Assembly: GCA_963756425.1 (NCBI GenBank)
Contig: CAVWNW010000018.1
Location: 23,281 to 87,280, forward strand
DNA from: an uncultured bacterium
GTDB taxonomy: Bacteria > Actinomycetota > Acidimicrobiia > Acidimicrobiales > VFJN01
Direction: 5' to 3'
DNA length: 64,000 nt
The notes below the pieces were generated by a model, which made no database searches, was not told the origin of the DNA, and worked only from the letters and a program-made list of their open reading frames with translations. Below are positions 25,598 to 37,118 of the stretch, piece by piece; position 1 is the stretch's first letter, and every line of letters begins with the position of its first letter. The position numbers and the translations under genes are program-made.

Positions 25598-26864
25598 GGA
25601 AGGCGCCGCGCCCTTCCGCGTCGACCTCGGCGTCGCCGACGACGAGCTGGCGTGCTGCGTCGCCTGCGGGCTGTGCCTGCCGCACTGCCCGACGTACCGG
25701 GTGACCGGCGAGGAGGCGCTGTCGCCGCGGGGCCGGATCGCCGCCATGCGCCAGGTGCAGTGGGAGGGCGCCGAGATCGACGGCGCCTTCCTGCGCTCGA
25801 TGGCCACCTGCGTCCAGTGCCGCGGCTGCGAGACCGCCTGCCCATCGGGGGTGCCGTTCGGCCACCTGATCGAGGACACCAAGGCGAACCTGCCGCGGGA
25901 TCGGTGGCCCCGGCAACCGATCCCGCGGCAGGAAGCGCTGTTGGGCCTCGGACTCCGAGCCCTCGCCCACCACCGGCTCCTGCTGGCGGGCTCGTCGCTC
26001 CTGGGGCTGGCCCAGCGCGTGCGGCTGCTGCCGCGGCGTCTGTCGCGCCGGCTCGGCCTGCCCGACCGGGTGCCGGTCCGCCGGACGGCCCGCCTGCGTG
26101 CGTCGGGCCGCGACGTCTGGCTGTTCACCGGCTGCGTCATGGACGCCTGGATGCGCGACGTCCATGCCGACGTCCAACGCGTGATCGAGGCGACGGGGGC
26201 CGGCGTCGCGCTGCCGGGCGGCGACGCCGCCTGCTGCGGCGCCCTGGCGCTCCACGCCGGGCTGCGGCCGGATGCTCGGGCACTCGCGGAGCGCACCATG
26301 CGGGCGTTCCCCGGCGACGCCCCGATCCTGGTCGACGCCGCCGGCTGCGGCGCGATGCTCAAGGACTACGGCCATCTGCTCGGCACGCCCGAGGCGGAGG
26401 CATTCGGCGCCAGGGTGCGGGACGTCCACGAATGGCTGGCCGAGCGCGTCGAGCGGCTGCCGCCGCCGTCCGAGGTTGGCGAGCGCCCGACGGTCGCCCT
26501 GCAGGACCCCTGCCATCTGCGCCACGTCCAGCGCGTCCACCAGGCGGTGCGGACCGTGCTGTCCCCCTACGTGGACATCGTCGAGCTCGACGACGAGGGC
26601 CTGTGCTGCGGCGCCGGCGGTGCCTACGCCCTGAGCCAGCCCGAGCTGGCGAGCGCCATTCGCGAGCGCAAGGTCGCCGCCATCGCCCGCTCCGGCGCTC
26701 CCATGGTCGCCTCGGCCAACCCGGGCTGCGCCCTGCACCTCGCGGCCGCCGGCGTCGAGGCGGTCCACCCCTGCCAGCTCGTGGCGCGGCGGCTGGCAAC
26801 CCGGCGGCCTCAGCCGGTGGCGGCCGCCGGTTCGTCCCGCACGGCCGGCTCGCCGAGCTCGTAG
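25593..26864 (+). CDS. glcF: Glycolate oxidase iron-sulfur subunit GlcF-like ((Fe-S)-binding protein)
   Basis: Two 4Fe-4S ferredoxin motifs (CVACGLCLPHCP and CVQCRGCETACP) followed by CCG-type Cys-rich domains. ATG 25593 is the first start in frame after glcE. Confidence 0.9.
   Translation: MTEGAAPFRVDLGVADDELACCVACGLCLPHCPTYRVTGEEALSPRGRIAAMRQVQWEGAEIDGAFLRSMATCVQCRGCETACPSGVPFGHLIEDTKANLPRDRWPRQPIPRQEALLGLGLRALAHHRLLLAGSSLLGLAQRVRLLPRRLSRRLGLPDRVPVRRTARLRASGRDVWLFTGCVMDAWMRDVHADVQRVIEATGAGVALPGGDAACCGALALHAGLRPDARALAERTMRAFPGDAPILVDAAGCGAMLKDYGHLLGTPEAEAFGARVRDVHEWLAERVERLPPPSEVGERPTVALQDPCHLRHVQRVHQAVRTVLSPYVDIVELDDEGLCCGAGGAYALSQPELASAIRERKVAAIARSGAPMVASANPGCALHLAAAGVEAVHPCQLVARRLATRRPQPVAAAGSSRTAGSPSS
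25889..25932. repeat. 44-bp palindromic repeat (copy C) embedded in frame in glcF
   Basis: CCTGCCGCGGGATCGGTGGC-CCCG-GCAACCGATCCCGCGGCAGG, flanked by AA...AA. It is translated as ...NLPRDRWPRQPIPRQE... in the linker after the second Fe-S motif. Confidence 0.8.
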
Positions 26865-27565
26865 ATCCGGTAGGCCCGCTGAATGACCGGCTGTGCCACG
26901 TTGCGCACGCGGATCCCGCCCGGGGTCACGCCCCGCTCGCTGCCGTTGTGGGCGTGGCCGTGGACGACAAGGTCGGCGCCGGCGGTGTCGATGGCCTCGG
27001 CCAGCAGGTGGCTGCCGAGGAACGGATAGATCTCCAGGCGCTCGCCCCGCAGTGTCTCGGGCACCGGCGCGTAGTGCAGCAAGGCGATGACCCGATCGGC
27101 GTGTGGCCGGACCGCCACCAGGGCGTCGTGCAGGCGGGCGGCCTCGCGCTTGGTCTCCCCCACGAACGCCTTCATGGCCGGCTCGCCGAACGCGGTGGCG
27201 TTGGCGCCGGCGAACCCGCCGCCGAAACCCTTCGCCCCGGCGATCCCGACGGTGGTGCCGTCGACGCCGACCGTGGTGGCGGCGCCGTCGAGCACGACGA
27301 CCCCGCCGTCCTCGAGGAGCCCGACCACCTCGGCGGCCCTCCCGGCGTGGTGGTCGTGGTTCCCCAGCACCGCCACGACCGGGATCTTCACGCCGGCGAG
27401 CTCGCTGGCCACGGCCCGGGCCTCGACCGGCTCGCCGCAACGGGTGAGGTCGCCGGCGAGCAGCAGCAGGTCCGCGCGCTCGTTGACGTGCCGGAGCCCG
27501 GCGGCGACCCGACCCACCGAGTCGACGCCCACGTGGATGTCGGCGACGGCTGCCACGCGCATCAT
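26810..27565 (-). CDS. Metallophosphoesterase
   Basis: DIHVG, GDLT, GNHDHH and HGHAH motifs in the canonical order. Its start overlaps the upstream BON gene stop (ATGA). Confidence 0.88.
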   Translation of the reverse strand: MMRVAAVADIHVGVDSVGRVAAGLRHVNERADLLLLAGDLTRCGEPVEARAVASELAGVKIPVVAVLGNHDHHAGRAAEVVGLLEDGGVVVLDGAATTVGVDGTTVGIAGAKGFGGGFAGANATAFGEPAMKAFVGETKREAARLHDALVAVRPHADRVIALLHYAPVPETLRGERLEIYPFLGSHLLAEAIDTAGADLVVHGHAHNGSERGVTPGGIRVRNVAQPVIQRAYRIYELGEPAVRDEPAAATG

Positions 27566-27888
27566 GAGCGAGCGTCCCGGAGGGCGCCAGAGTGAGCGTG
27601 GCCCGAGCGGCCCGGCCGCAGGCCATGAGCGGGGAACATGTTGAGCTCCTCGATCGTCCCGTCCTCGGCGGCCGAAAGGACGGTCATCTCGTTCACGACG
27701 TCGTACCCCTCGGCGAGCTCGGCCACCACCTCCGCGATCGACGTCCGTTGTGCGGGCGTGGCGGCCGTACCCGTCAGCACCACGCGGTCGCCGGCCACCT
27801 GCACGTCGACGCCCAGTTCGCGAGCTCGGGGGTCGGTCGCGAGCGCGTCCTGGATGTGATGGACCAGGTACTCGTGGGGCTCGGCCAT
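27562..27888 (-). CDS. BON-domain protein
   Basis: 108 aa with a GVDVQVAGDRVVLTGTAATPAQRTSIAEVVAEL..GYDVVNEMTV pattern typical of BON. Confidence 0.6.
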   Translation of the reverse strand: MAEPHEYLVHHIQDALATDPRARELGVDVQVAGDRVVLTGTAATPAQRTSIAEVVAELAEGYDVVNEMTVLSAAEDGTIEELNMFPAHGLRPGRSGHAHSGALRDARS

Positions 27889-27934
27889 GCCCGCGGCTTC
27901 CCCGCCGCGCGGCCGGTAACCCGGCCCGGCCGGC

Positions 27935-28786
27935 TCAGCCGCCGCCGAGCCAGCGCTGCCGCGCCTCGTCGTCGTACGTGGAGAAGAACCGGGTCAGGTC
28001 CTCGACCATGCGGTCGAACGATTCGGCTGCGAACAAGACGGGCTGGTAGCGGGTGATGTCGTACTCCAAAGTGCCCATTCGAGCGATGTCCCACGGCCGG
28101 ATCTCGGCGTTGCGGAACTCCTCGATCTCGCCGTACGACGACAGGAGGCCGGCACCGTAGGCCTTGAGCTCACCGTCCTCGTGCACCACGCCGAACTCGA
28201 GCGTGAACCAGAAGACCTTGGAGAAGAAGTCGAGCGCAGGGTCGCTGGATGCCCTGACCGACGCCTTGCCGGCCTCCTCGTAGAGGTCGGCGAAGACGGG
28301 GTTGGCCAGCATGTTGGCGTGCCCGATGATCTCGTGCACGATGTCGGGCTCGGGAGTGTAGAAGGGCGCCGAATGATGGCGGATGTACTGGGTGGACAGG
28401 AACGTCCGCCGCGCCAGCGCGCCGTAGAACACGCGCGTGGGTACCAGCCCCGGTACCGGCTCGATGTGGAACCGCCCGAGGGCGTGCACGCGCTCGTCGA
28501 CCTCGCGCAGCTGCGGCATCCGGTCTGTGGGCAACGTCAGCGCCGCCGCGCCCTCGAGGTAGGCGCGGCACGCGTACCGCTTGTGCTTGCGCGCGAGCTC
28601 GTGGGAGACGAGGCGCCACACCTCGTCCTCCTCGGGCGTGTAGGTGACATCGGGGATGGGGTCACCGCTGTGGTAGTGGGCGCCCACGTCGGCGATCGCC
28701 CCGCGGCGAGCCCGGTACTCGGGATCTGAGAATCCGGGATGGTCCTCGGGCAGCTCCGCCGGCGCCGTTGCCGTCACGTCGCTCAT
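27935..28786 (-). CDS. phhA: Phenylalanine 4-monooxygenase (aromatic amino acid hydroxylase)
   Basis: Biopterin-dependent hydroxylase signature (FLSTQYIRHHSAPFYTPEPDIVHEIIGHANMLA...EFGVV) with the 2-His iron ligands. Confidence 0.9.
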   Translation of the reverse strand: MSDVTATAPAELPEDHPGFSDPEYRARRGAIADVGAHYHSGDPIPDVTYTPEEDEVWRLVSHELARKHKRYACRAYLEGAAALTLPTDRMPQLREVDERVHALGRFHIEPVPGLVPTRVFYGALARRTFLSTQYIRHHSAPFYTPEPDIVHEIIGHANMLANPVFADLYEEAGKASVRASSDPALDFFSKVFWFTLEFGVVHEDGELKAYGAGLLSSYGEIEEFRNAEIRPWDIARMGTLEYDITRYQPVLFAAESFDRMVEDLTRFFSTYDDEARQRWLGGG

Positions 28787-28975
28787 GAGTTCATGCTCCT
28801 CCTCGGTACTGCGATCTTCAACGCGCGCGCGGATACGGCGACGGTCAGTGGTGGCGGCCGCATCTGCTCACCGCGGCCAGATCGACACACTCCGTAATCG
28901 AATCGTCGCAACCTCGTCGCCTTGCCATGAGTGAATGTCCCGTACTCCCCAACGGCGGAAAGGTGACAACACGCA

Positions 28976-29095
28976 ATGAGCGAGATCCTGATCATCGGGC
29001 TGGTGGCGGTCGTCGTGGTGATCGCAATGGCCGGGCTCCTCGGACGGCTGGTTGGGCTCGACGACCTCCCGGCGGTCGGCGAGAGCGACCTATAG
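28976..29095 (+). CDS. Candidate 39-aa single-TM peptide (MSEILIIGLVAVVVVIAMAGLLGRLVGLDDLPAVGESDL)
   Basis: Not in the ORF track because it is under 60 aa. Strong GC3 bias (about 35 of 39 codons end in G or C) in an otherwise lower-GC intergenic region. Only a weak SD is present. Confidence 0.4.
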   Translation: MSEILIIGLVAVVVVIAMAGLLGRLVGLDDLPAVGESDL

Positions 29096-29198
29096 AGGGG
29101 GAACGAGGCCCCGGCACCCCGCCGGCGGTTCTGGTGGTGAAACCAGATCCGTCGGCGGGTTCGCGTCTGAGCCCCCGTCAGCGGCACGCCCCGTCCCC

Positions 29199-31541
<2,343 letters not shown>

Positions 31542-31703
31542 GCCTCACCCCCTGGGCGATCAGTCGAGTGTCACCGTCCGATGGTCTCACATCTGCACAG
31601 CCCAAGGGGGACATGGGTGCGCGATCTGCACGCCGACGTCGATCCTGCACGGTGGGCGCCGACCGGGCCCGGGGGGAGCCGGACCCGGCCTCGGAGCCTT
31701 GCG

Positions 31704-34700
31704 CTAGACGTTGCGGCGGTAGCGGCCGCCGACCTCGAAGAGGGCGTCGCTGATCTCACCCAGCGAGCAGACGCGCACGGCGTCCATGAGCACGGCGAAC
31801 AGGTTGTCGCCGGCCAACGCCGCGCGCCGCAGGCGATCGAGCATGGCCGGCCGCTCCTGGGCGTGGCGGGACTTGAAGTCGGCGAGCCGGCCGAGCTGGC
31901 GCTGCTTCTCCTCCTCGGTCGATCGAGCGAGCTGGAGGGGCCGGCCGCCGCCCCCGGAGGGCTCGCCCGGGGTGGCATCGGGCGCCAGGAAGGTGTTGAC
32001 CCCCACGATGGGCAGAGATCCGTCGTGCTTGCGCTGCTCGTACAGGATCGACTCGTCCTGGATCCGGCCGCGCTGGTAGCCGGTCTCCATGGCGCCGAGG
32101 ACGCCGCCCCGCTCGGCCAGGCGGTCGAACTCGGCCAGAACGGCCTCCTCCACCAGGTCGGTGAGCTGCTCGATGACGAAGGAGCCCTGGTTGGGGTTCT
32201 GGTTCCGCGCCAGCCCCCACTCGTGGTTGATGATCTGCTGTATCGCCATCGCCCGTCGGACGGAATCGGCGGTGGGGGTCGTGATCGCCTCGTCGTACGC
32301 GTTCGTGTGCAGGCTGTTGCAGTTGTCGTAGACGGCGATGAGTGCCTGGAGCGTGGTCCGGATGTCGTTGAACGACATCTCCTGGGCGTGCAGCGAACGA
32401 CCCGAGGTCTGGATGTGGTACTTGAGCTTCTGGCTGCGCGCGTCGCCGCCGTAGAGGTCCCGCACGGCGATTGCCCAGATCCGCCGGGCCACCCGGCCCA
32501 TGACGGCGTACTCGGGATCCATCCCGTTGGAGAAGAAGAAGCTGAGGTTGGGCGCGAACTCGTCGACGCGCATGCCCCGCGCCAGGTACGCCTCGACGTA
32601 CGTGAAGGCGTTGGCCAGTGTGAACGCCAGCTGGCTGATGGGGTTCGCCCCGGCCTCGGCGATGTGGTACCCGGAGATCGACACCGAGTAGAAGTTGCGG
32701 ACCCGGTGCTCGACGAACCACTCCTGGATGTCGGCCATCATCCGCAGGGCGAACTCGGTGGAGAAGATGCAGGTGTTCTGGCCTTGGTCCTCCTTGAGGA
32801 TGTCGGCCTGCACCGTGCCCCGCACGTTGGCCAGCACCCGGGCGCGGATGTCGGCGGCCTCCTCGTCGTCGGGCGGCCGCCCGTGCTCGGATTCGAACGC
32901 CGCCAGCTGTTGGTCGATGGCGGTGTTGAAGAACATGGCGAGGATGGCGGGTGCCGGCCCGTTGATCGTCATCGACACGGAGGTGGCCGGGTCGGTGAGG
33001 TCGAACCCGTCGTAGAGGACCTCCATGTCGTCGAGCGTCGCGATGGAGACGCCCGAGTTGCCCACCTTGCCGTAGATGTCGGGTCGCTCGTCGGGGTCGA
33101 AGCCGTAGAGGGTCACCGAATCGAACGCCGTCGACAGGCGCGTCGCCGGCTGCCCAGCGGACAGCAGGTGGAAGCGGCGGTTGGTGCGGAAGGCGTCGCC
33201 CTCGCCGGCAAACATCCGTGTGGGGTCTTCGCCTTCGCGCTTGAAGGCGAAGACCCCACCGGTGAACGGGAACCGTCCGGGAAGGTTCTCGTTCCTCAAC
33301 CAGCGAAGCAGCGTGCCCTCGTCGTCTTCGAGGCTTCGAGGGAGCGCCACCCGCGGGACGTGCGTGCCCGACAGCGATACGTCCGAGACCGCCGTGCGGA
33401 TCTCGCGGTCGCGCACGGTCACCACGTGCTCGTCGCCCGAGTACGTCTCGACCGCGGTCGGCCAGGAGTCGAGCAGGCCGTGCGACTCGGGGTCGAGGGC
33501 CCGCTCGGCGTCGGCGAGCAGGGACTCGACCAGGCCCAGTGCGCCACTCACGTCGTCTCCGGTTGCCGGGCCGTGCTGCCCGCTCCTGGCGCCTGCGGCG
33601 CCGGGCCGCTCGGGCCCCGGCTGCGCTGCTCGCGCAGCCTCAGGCTCGGAGGTGGCTGAGCCGGCATCGGCCAGCAGCTCGCGAGTGGTGCGGAGCGCCT
33701 GGCGGCGGCGGGCCGCGTCGACCTGTTCCCCGGTGTGGCGGTGGTACGCCCGCACCGTCTCCGCCACGTCGGCCAGGTAGCGGCTGCGGGCGGGCGGCAC
33801 GATGGCCGCGATCCCGGTGGGCACCCGCGTGTCGACGGGCGCGAGCCCTCCGCCGCCGGTGGCCAGCCCGTGCTCGCCGAGCAGGCCCCGCAGGTGCTGG
33901 TAGAGGGCGGTCACGCCGTCGTCGTTGAAGCGCGCGGCGATGGTGCCGAACACCGGCAGTTCCTCGAGCGGGGCGCCAAAGGACTCGAGGTTGCGCTGGA
34001 GCTGGCGACGCACGTCGCGCAGGGCGTCCTCGGCGCCCCGACGCTCGAACTTGTTGATCGCGACGGCGTCGGCGAAGTCGAGCATGTCGATCTTCTCGAG
34101 CTGGCTGGGCGCGCCGAACTCCGGGGTCATCACGTACAGCGACACGTCGACGACCTCGACGATGCCCGTGTCCCCCTGCCCGATGCCCGGCGTCTCGACG
34201 ATCACCAGGTCGTGACCGGCGGCCTTGCACGCGACGATCACGTCCTCCACGTGCTCGGGGACCTCGGCCACCGCCCCACGCGTGGCGAGCGACCGCATGA
34301 ACACGTGGGGATGGTCGATGGCGTTCATGCGGATCCGGTCGCCGAGCAGCGCGCCACCGGCGCGCCGGCGTGTGGGATCGATGGCCACCACGGCGATGTG
34401 GAGCTTGTCCTCGTAGTCGAGGCGGAAGCGCCGCACCAGCTCGTCGGTGAGCGAGGACTTGCCGGACCCACCCGTGCCGGTGATGCCGAGCACTGGTACG
34501 GCACGCCGGGTGCCGGCCCGACGCAGGTCCATGAGGTCGTCACGCCCGAGGGTGCCGCCCTGGATGGCGGTGATCACTCGAGCCAGCGCCTGATGGTCGC
34601 CCCCCGCGACGTTGGCGACCGCGTCCGACGCGAGCTGCGTGGCGAGGTCGATGTCGCACGCCTCGACCATGGTGTTGACCATGCGGCCCAGACCGAGGCG

Positions 34701-35096
34701 CTGGCCGTCCTCGGGCGAGAACACGTGGGTCACGCCGTAGTCCTGCAGCTCGGCGATCTCGTCCGGCACGATCACACCGCCGCCCCCGCCGTACACCTTG
34801 GCGTCCGGGCGGCCCTCGGCCCGGAGACGATCGACCAGGTAGCGGAAGAACTCGATGTGTCCCCCCTGGTAGGAGCTGACTGCGACGCCCTGGACGTCCT
34901 CCTCGACCGCCGCCCGCACGATCTCGTCGACCGAGCGGTTGTGGCCCAGGTGGATCACCTCGGCACCCTGCGATTGGAGGATCCGCCGCATGACGTTGAT
35001 GGCCGCGTCGTGCCCGTCGAAGAGGCTGGCGGCCGTGACCAGGCGGATGGGATGAACCGGCCGGTGAATCTCCGCGACAGCTTCCCCAGTGCTCAC
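31704..35096 (-). CDS. icmF: Fused isobutyryl-CoA mutase (B12-binding domain + MeaB-like GTPase + mutase catalytic domain)
   Basis: 1130 aa. The N-terminal B12-binding domain has DGHDAAINVMRRIL, a G3E P-loop GITGTGGSGKSSL follows, and the C-terminal part is an acyl-CoA mutase TIM barrel. GTG start. Confidence 0.9.
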   Translation of the reverse strand: MSTGEAVAEIHRPVHPIRLVTAASLFDGHDAAINVMRRILQSQGAEVIHLGHNRSVDEIVRAAVEEDVQGVAVSSYQGGHIEFFRYLVDRLRAEGRPDAKVYGGGGGVIVPDEIAELQDYGVTHVFSPEDGQRLGLGRMVNTMVEACDIDLATQLASDAVANVAGGDHQALARVITAIQGGTLGRDDLMDLRRAGTRRAVPVLGITGTGGSGKSSLTDELVRRFRLDYEDKLHIAVVAIDPTRRRAGGALLGDRIRMNAIDHPHVFMRSLATRGAVAEVPEHVEDVIVACKAAGHDLVIVETPGIGQGDTGIVEVVDVSLYVMTPEFGAPSQLEKIDMLDFADAVAINKFERRGAEDALRDVRRQLQRNLESFGAPLEELPVFGTIAARFNDDGVTALYQHLRGLLGEHGLATGGGGLAPVDTRVPTGIAAIVPPARSRYLADVAETVRAYHRHTGEQVDAARRRQALRTTRELLADAGSATSEPEAARAAQPGPERPGAAGARSGQHGPATGDDVSGALGLVESLLADAERALDPESHGLLDSWPTAVETYSGDEHVVTVRDREIRTAVSDVSLSGTHVPRVALPRSLEDDEGTLLRWLRNENLPGRFPFTGGVFAFKREGEDPTRMFAGEGDAFRTNRRFHLLSAGQPATRLSTAFDSVTLYGFDPDERPDIYGKVGNSGVSIATLDDMEVLYDGFDLTDPATSVSMTINGPAPAILAMFFNTAIDQQLAAFESEHGRPPDDEEAADIRARVLANVRGTVQADILKEDQGQNTCIFSTEFALRMMADIQEWFVEHRVRNFYSVSISGYHIAEAGANPISQLAFTLANAFTYVEAYLARGMRVDEFAPNLSFFFSNGMDPEYAVMGRVARRIWAIAVRDLYGGDARSQKLKYHIQTSGRSLHAQEMSFNDIRTTLQALIAVYDNCNSLHTNAYDEAITTPTADSVRRAMAIQQIINHEWGLARNQNPNQGSFVIEQLTDLVEEAVLAEFDRLAERGGVLGAMETGYQRGRIQDESILYEQRKHDGSLPIVGVNTFLAPDATPGEPSGGGGRPLQLARSTEEEKQRQLGRLADFKSRHAQERPAMLDRLRRAALAGDNLFAVLMDAVRVCSLGEISDALFEVGGRYRRNV

Positions 35097-35109
35097 AGGC
35101 TCAGGGTAG

Positions 35110-35121
35110 TTGGAAGTCCAA
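35110..35121. promoter_or_regulatory. Short palindrome TTGGA-AG-TCCAA between icmF and marR
   Basis: Perfect 5-2-5 inverted repeat 14-25 nt upstream of the icmF GTG. Possible MarR-type site. Weak evidence. Confidence 0.25.
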
Positions 35122-35124
35122 GAT

Positions 35125-35214
35125 TCCGTCTACCGAGAGTCTGTCTACCGAGAGTCCGGCTACCGAGCGTCGGCCGGCCGAGAGTTTGTCGCCCGAGCAT
35201 CGGTCATCCGACAT
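35125..35214. repeat. Six tandem, progressively degenerating 15-bp repeats (consensus TCYGTCTACCGAGAG)
   Basis: tccgtctaccgagag / tctgtctaccgagag / tccggctaccgagcg / tcggccggccgagag / tttgtcgcccgagca / tcggtcatccgacat, in the divergent icmF-marR intergenic region. Confidence 0.85.
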
Positions 35215-35227
35215 AGGATCAGGTGCC

Positions 35228-35737
35228 GTGGGGAGCCAGCGTCCGCTCGACTTCGACGCCATCGCGGAGGCCCGGCGGCAATGGGAGTCGCACGACTGGG
35301 CCGCGCCGGCCCAGATGTCCGCCATCACGTCGATCATGCGGGCGCAACAGATCCTGATCGCCAAGGTCGACGATGCCCTGAAGCCCTTCGACCTGACCTT
35401 CGCCCGCTACGAGGCGCTGGTCCTGCTGTACTTCAGCCGCCACGGCGAGCTGCCCATGGGCAAGATGGGCGACCGACTCATGCTGCACCCCACCAGCGTC
35501 ACCAACATCATCGACCGGCTGGAACAGCAGGACCTGGTGCGGCGGATTCCCCATCCCACCGACCGCCGCACGGTGCTGGCGCAGATCACCGAGGACGGTC
35601 GCCAGGTGGTCGAGAAGGCGACGGAGGCCGTGAGCTCCATCCGCTTCGGGGTGGACGGCCTGACAGTCGCCGAGCTCGACCAGCTCACCGCCCTGCTCCG
35701 CAAGCTCCGCATCGCGGCCGGCGACTTCCCCGGGTAA
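35228..35737 (+). CDS. MarR-family transcriptional regulator
   Basis: Winged-helix core (FARYEALVLLYFSRHGELPMGKMGDRLMLHPTSVTNIIDRLEQQDLVRRIPHPTDRR). GTG 35228 is preceded by AGGATCAGG. The ORF-track start is TTG 35186. Confidence 0.88.
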   Translation: MGSQRPLDFDAIAEARRQWESHDWAAPAQMSAITSIMRAQQILIAKVDDALKPFDLTFARYEALVLLYFSRHGELPMGKMGDRLMLHPTSVTNIIDRLEQQDLVRRIPHPTDRRTVLAQITEDGRQVVEKATEAVSSIRFGVDGLTVAELDQLTALLRKLRIAAGDFPG

Positions 35738-35778
35738 GTACTCCGGACTCCCGGCCGTTTTGGGGCAGGCTGGGGCAC

Positions 35779-36582
35779 GTGGCCGTGGGCGGCGACCGTG
35801 AGCGTTTGGCGGCGATGTTCGATCGCGCCGCAGACCGGTATCAGCGGGCTCGACCCGAATACCCGAGCGAGCTCTATGACCACCTCATCGATGTCACGCG
35901 CCTGTCGCCCGGAGCGCGCCTGCTGGAGGGCGGATGCGGGCCGGGCAAGGCGACGCTTCCGCTCGCGCAGCGGGGGTTCCGCATCACATGCGTCGAGCCG
36001 GGTGCAGCCCTGGCGGCGGCTGCACGCTTGAACCTGGCGGCGTTCGATGTCGCCGTGGCGGAGGCGCACTTCGAGGACTGGACCCCAGTTGGCGAACCGT
36101 ACGCACTGGTCTTCGCGGCGACCGCCTGGCACTGGGTCGACCCCGCTGTGCGCTATCGCAGGGCGGCGGAGGCGCTGGAGCCCAGCGGCCATCTGGCGGT
36201 GTGGGGCGCGGGCCATGTCATCCCCTACGACGGCGATCCGTTCTTCGACGAGCTACAGGAGGTCTATGACGAGATCGGCGAGTCGCGTGTGCCGGACGCC
36301 AAGCTGCCGCGACCTCAGGAGCTGGACGACGACCGCGCCGAGATCGACGGCAGCGGGCTCTTCGAAGTGATCGACATCAGCCAGTACGACTGGGAGACCG
36401 TCCACGACGCCGACGGCTACATCGACCTGCTGAACACCTTCTCTGGCCACATCGCCATGCAGGATTGGCAACGCGACCGGCTGTTCGCGGAGATCCGCCG
36501 ACGTCTCGCCAGGCGGCACGACGGCCTCCTGCGTCGACACTGGGGCGGCGTCCTGCACATCGCTAGACGCCTCGCGGTGTAA
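35779..36582 (+). CDS. Class I SAM-dependent methyltransferase
   Basis: Motif I LLEGGCGPGKATLPLA. It is the C-terminal part of listed ORF 35110..36582. Start uncertain between GTG 35779 and ATG 35815. Confidence 0.85.
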   Translation: MAVGGDRERLAAMFDRAADRYQRARPEYPSELYDHLIDVTRLSPGARLLEGGCGPGKATLPLAQRGFRITCVEPGAALAAAARLNLAAFDVAVAEAHFEDWTPVGEPYALVFAATAWHWVDPAVRYRRAAEALEPSGHLAVWGAGHVIPYDGDPFFDELQEVYDEIGESRVPDAKLPRPQELDDDRAEIDGSGLFEVIDISQYDWETVHDADGYIDLLNTFSGHIAMQDWQRDRLFAEIRRRLARRHDGLLRRHWGGVLHIARRLAV

Positions 36583-36667
36583 CGCTCAGACGCGGTGCTT
36601 CCACGCCCGTTGATGCCGACGTGGCCTGATTGACTTCGAGTACACCAGGACACGCCGGGCGCACTGA

Positions 36668-37063
36668 TCAGCAGAAGAAGGATTCGTACGCCTCGGGGTC
36701 GCCGTGGATGTTCCACCAGTCGGTGGCGCGGCCGTCGGGATCGAGGTGGAAGACGTGCGCCTCGCGGACGTCGAGGCGGGCGCCGTCGGCACGGGTGGCC
36801 GTCTCGCGGACGTTGGCGACGGCATGGTGGTCGTCAGCGAAGACGTCCAGCACGTTCAACAGGAGCGTGCCCTCGGTGAAGCGCGTCAGCTCCTGGAAGT
36901 GGGCGGCGACCTCGTCCCGACCCTTGTGATCTCCGGCGAAGCGGCCGCCGGAGACGTGCCAGACGACGTCATCCGACAGCAGGCGCAGGACGACGTCCAC
37001 GTCACGGGCGGCGAACCGTTCGTATCCCTGGAGGATTCGGGCGACGTTGGGGTGCTCGGACAT
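36668..37063 (-). CDS. SnoaL-like / NTF2-family protein
   Basis: About 131 aa from ATG 37063 (MSEHPNVARILQGYERFAARDVDVVLRLLSDDVVWHV...). The earlier start at 37132 would overlap the upstream gene. Confidence 0.7.
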   Translation of the reverse strand: MSEHPNVARILQGYERFAARDVDVVLRLLSDDVVWHVSGGRFAGDHKGRDEVAAHFQELTRFTEGTLLLNVLDVFADDHHAVANVRETATRADGARLDVREAHVFHLDPDGRATDWWNIHGDPEAYESFFC

Positions 37064-37118
37064 TGCGTCCCCCTCAACGGAGTCGTCATTGACGAGGGTC
37101 CATTGTCCCCCGCCCGGG

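Noticed and set aside
32361-32379. Perfect 19-bp palindrome GATGTCGTT-G-AACGACATC inside icmF
   Set aside because: It is a single occurrence inside a conserved coding region. With 9-bp arms, about one such palindrome is expected by chance in 64 kb when several loop sizes are allowed. No related copy was seen.
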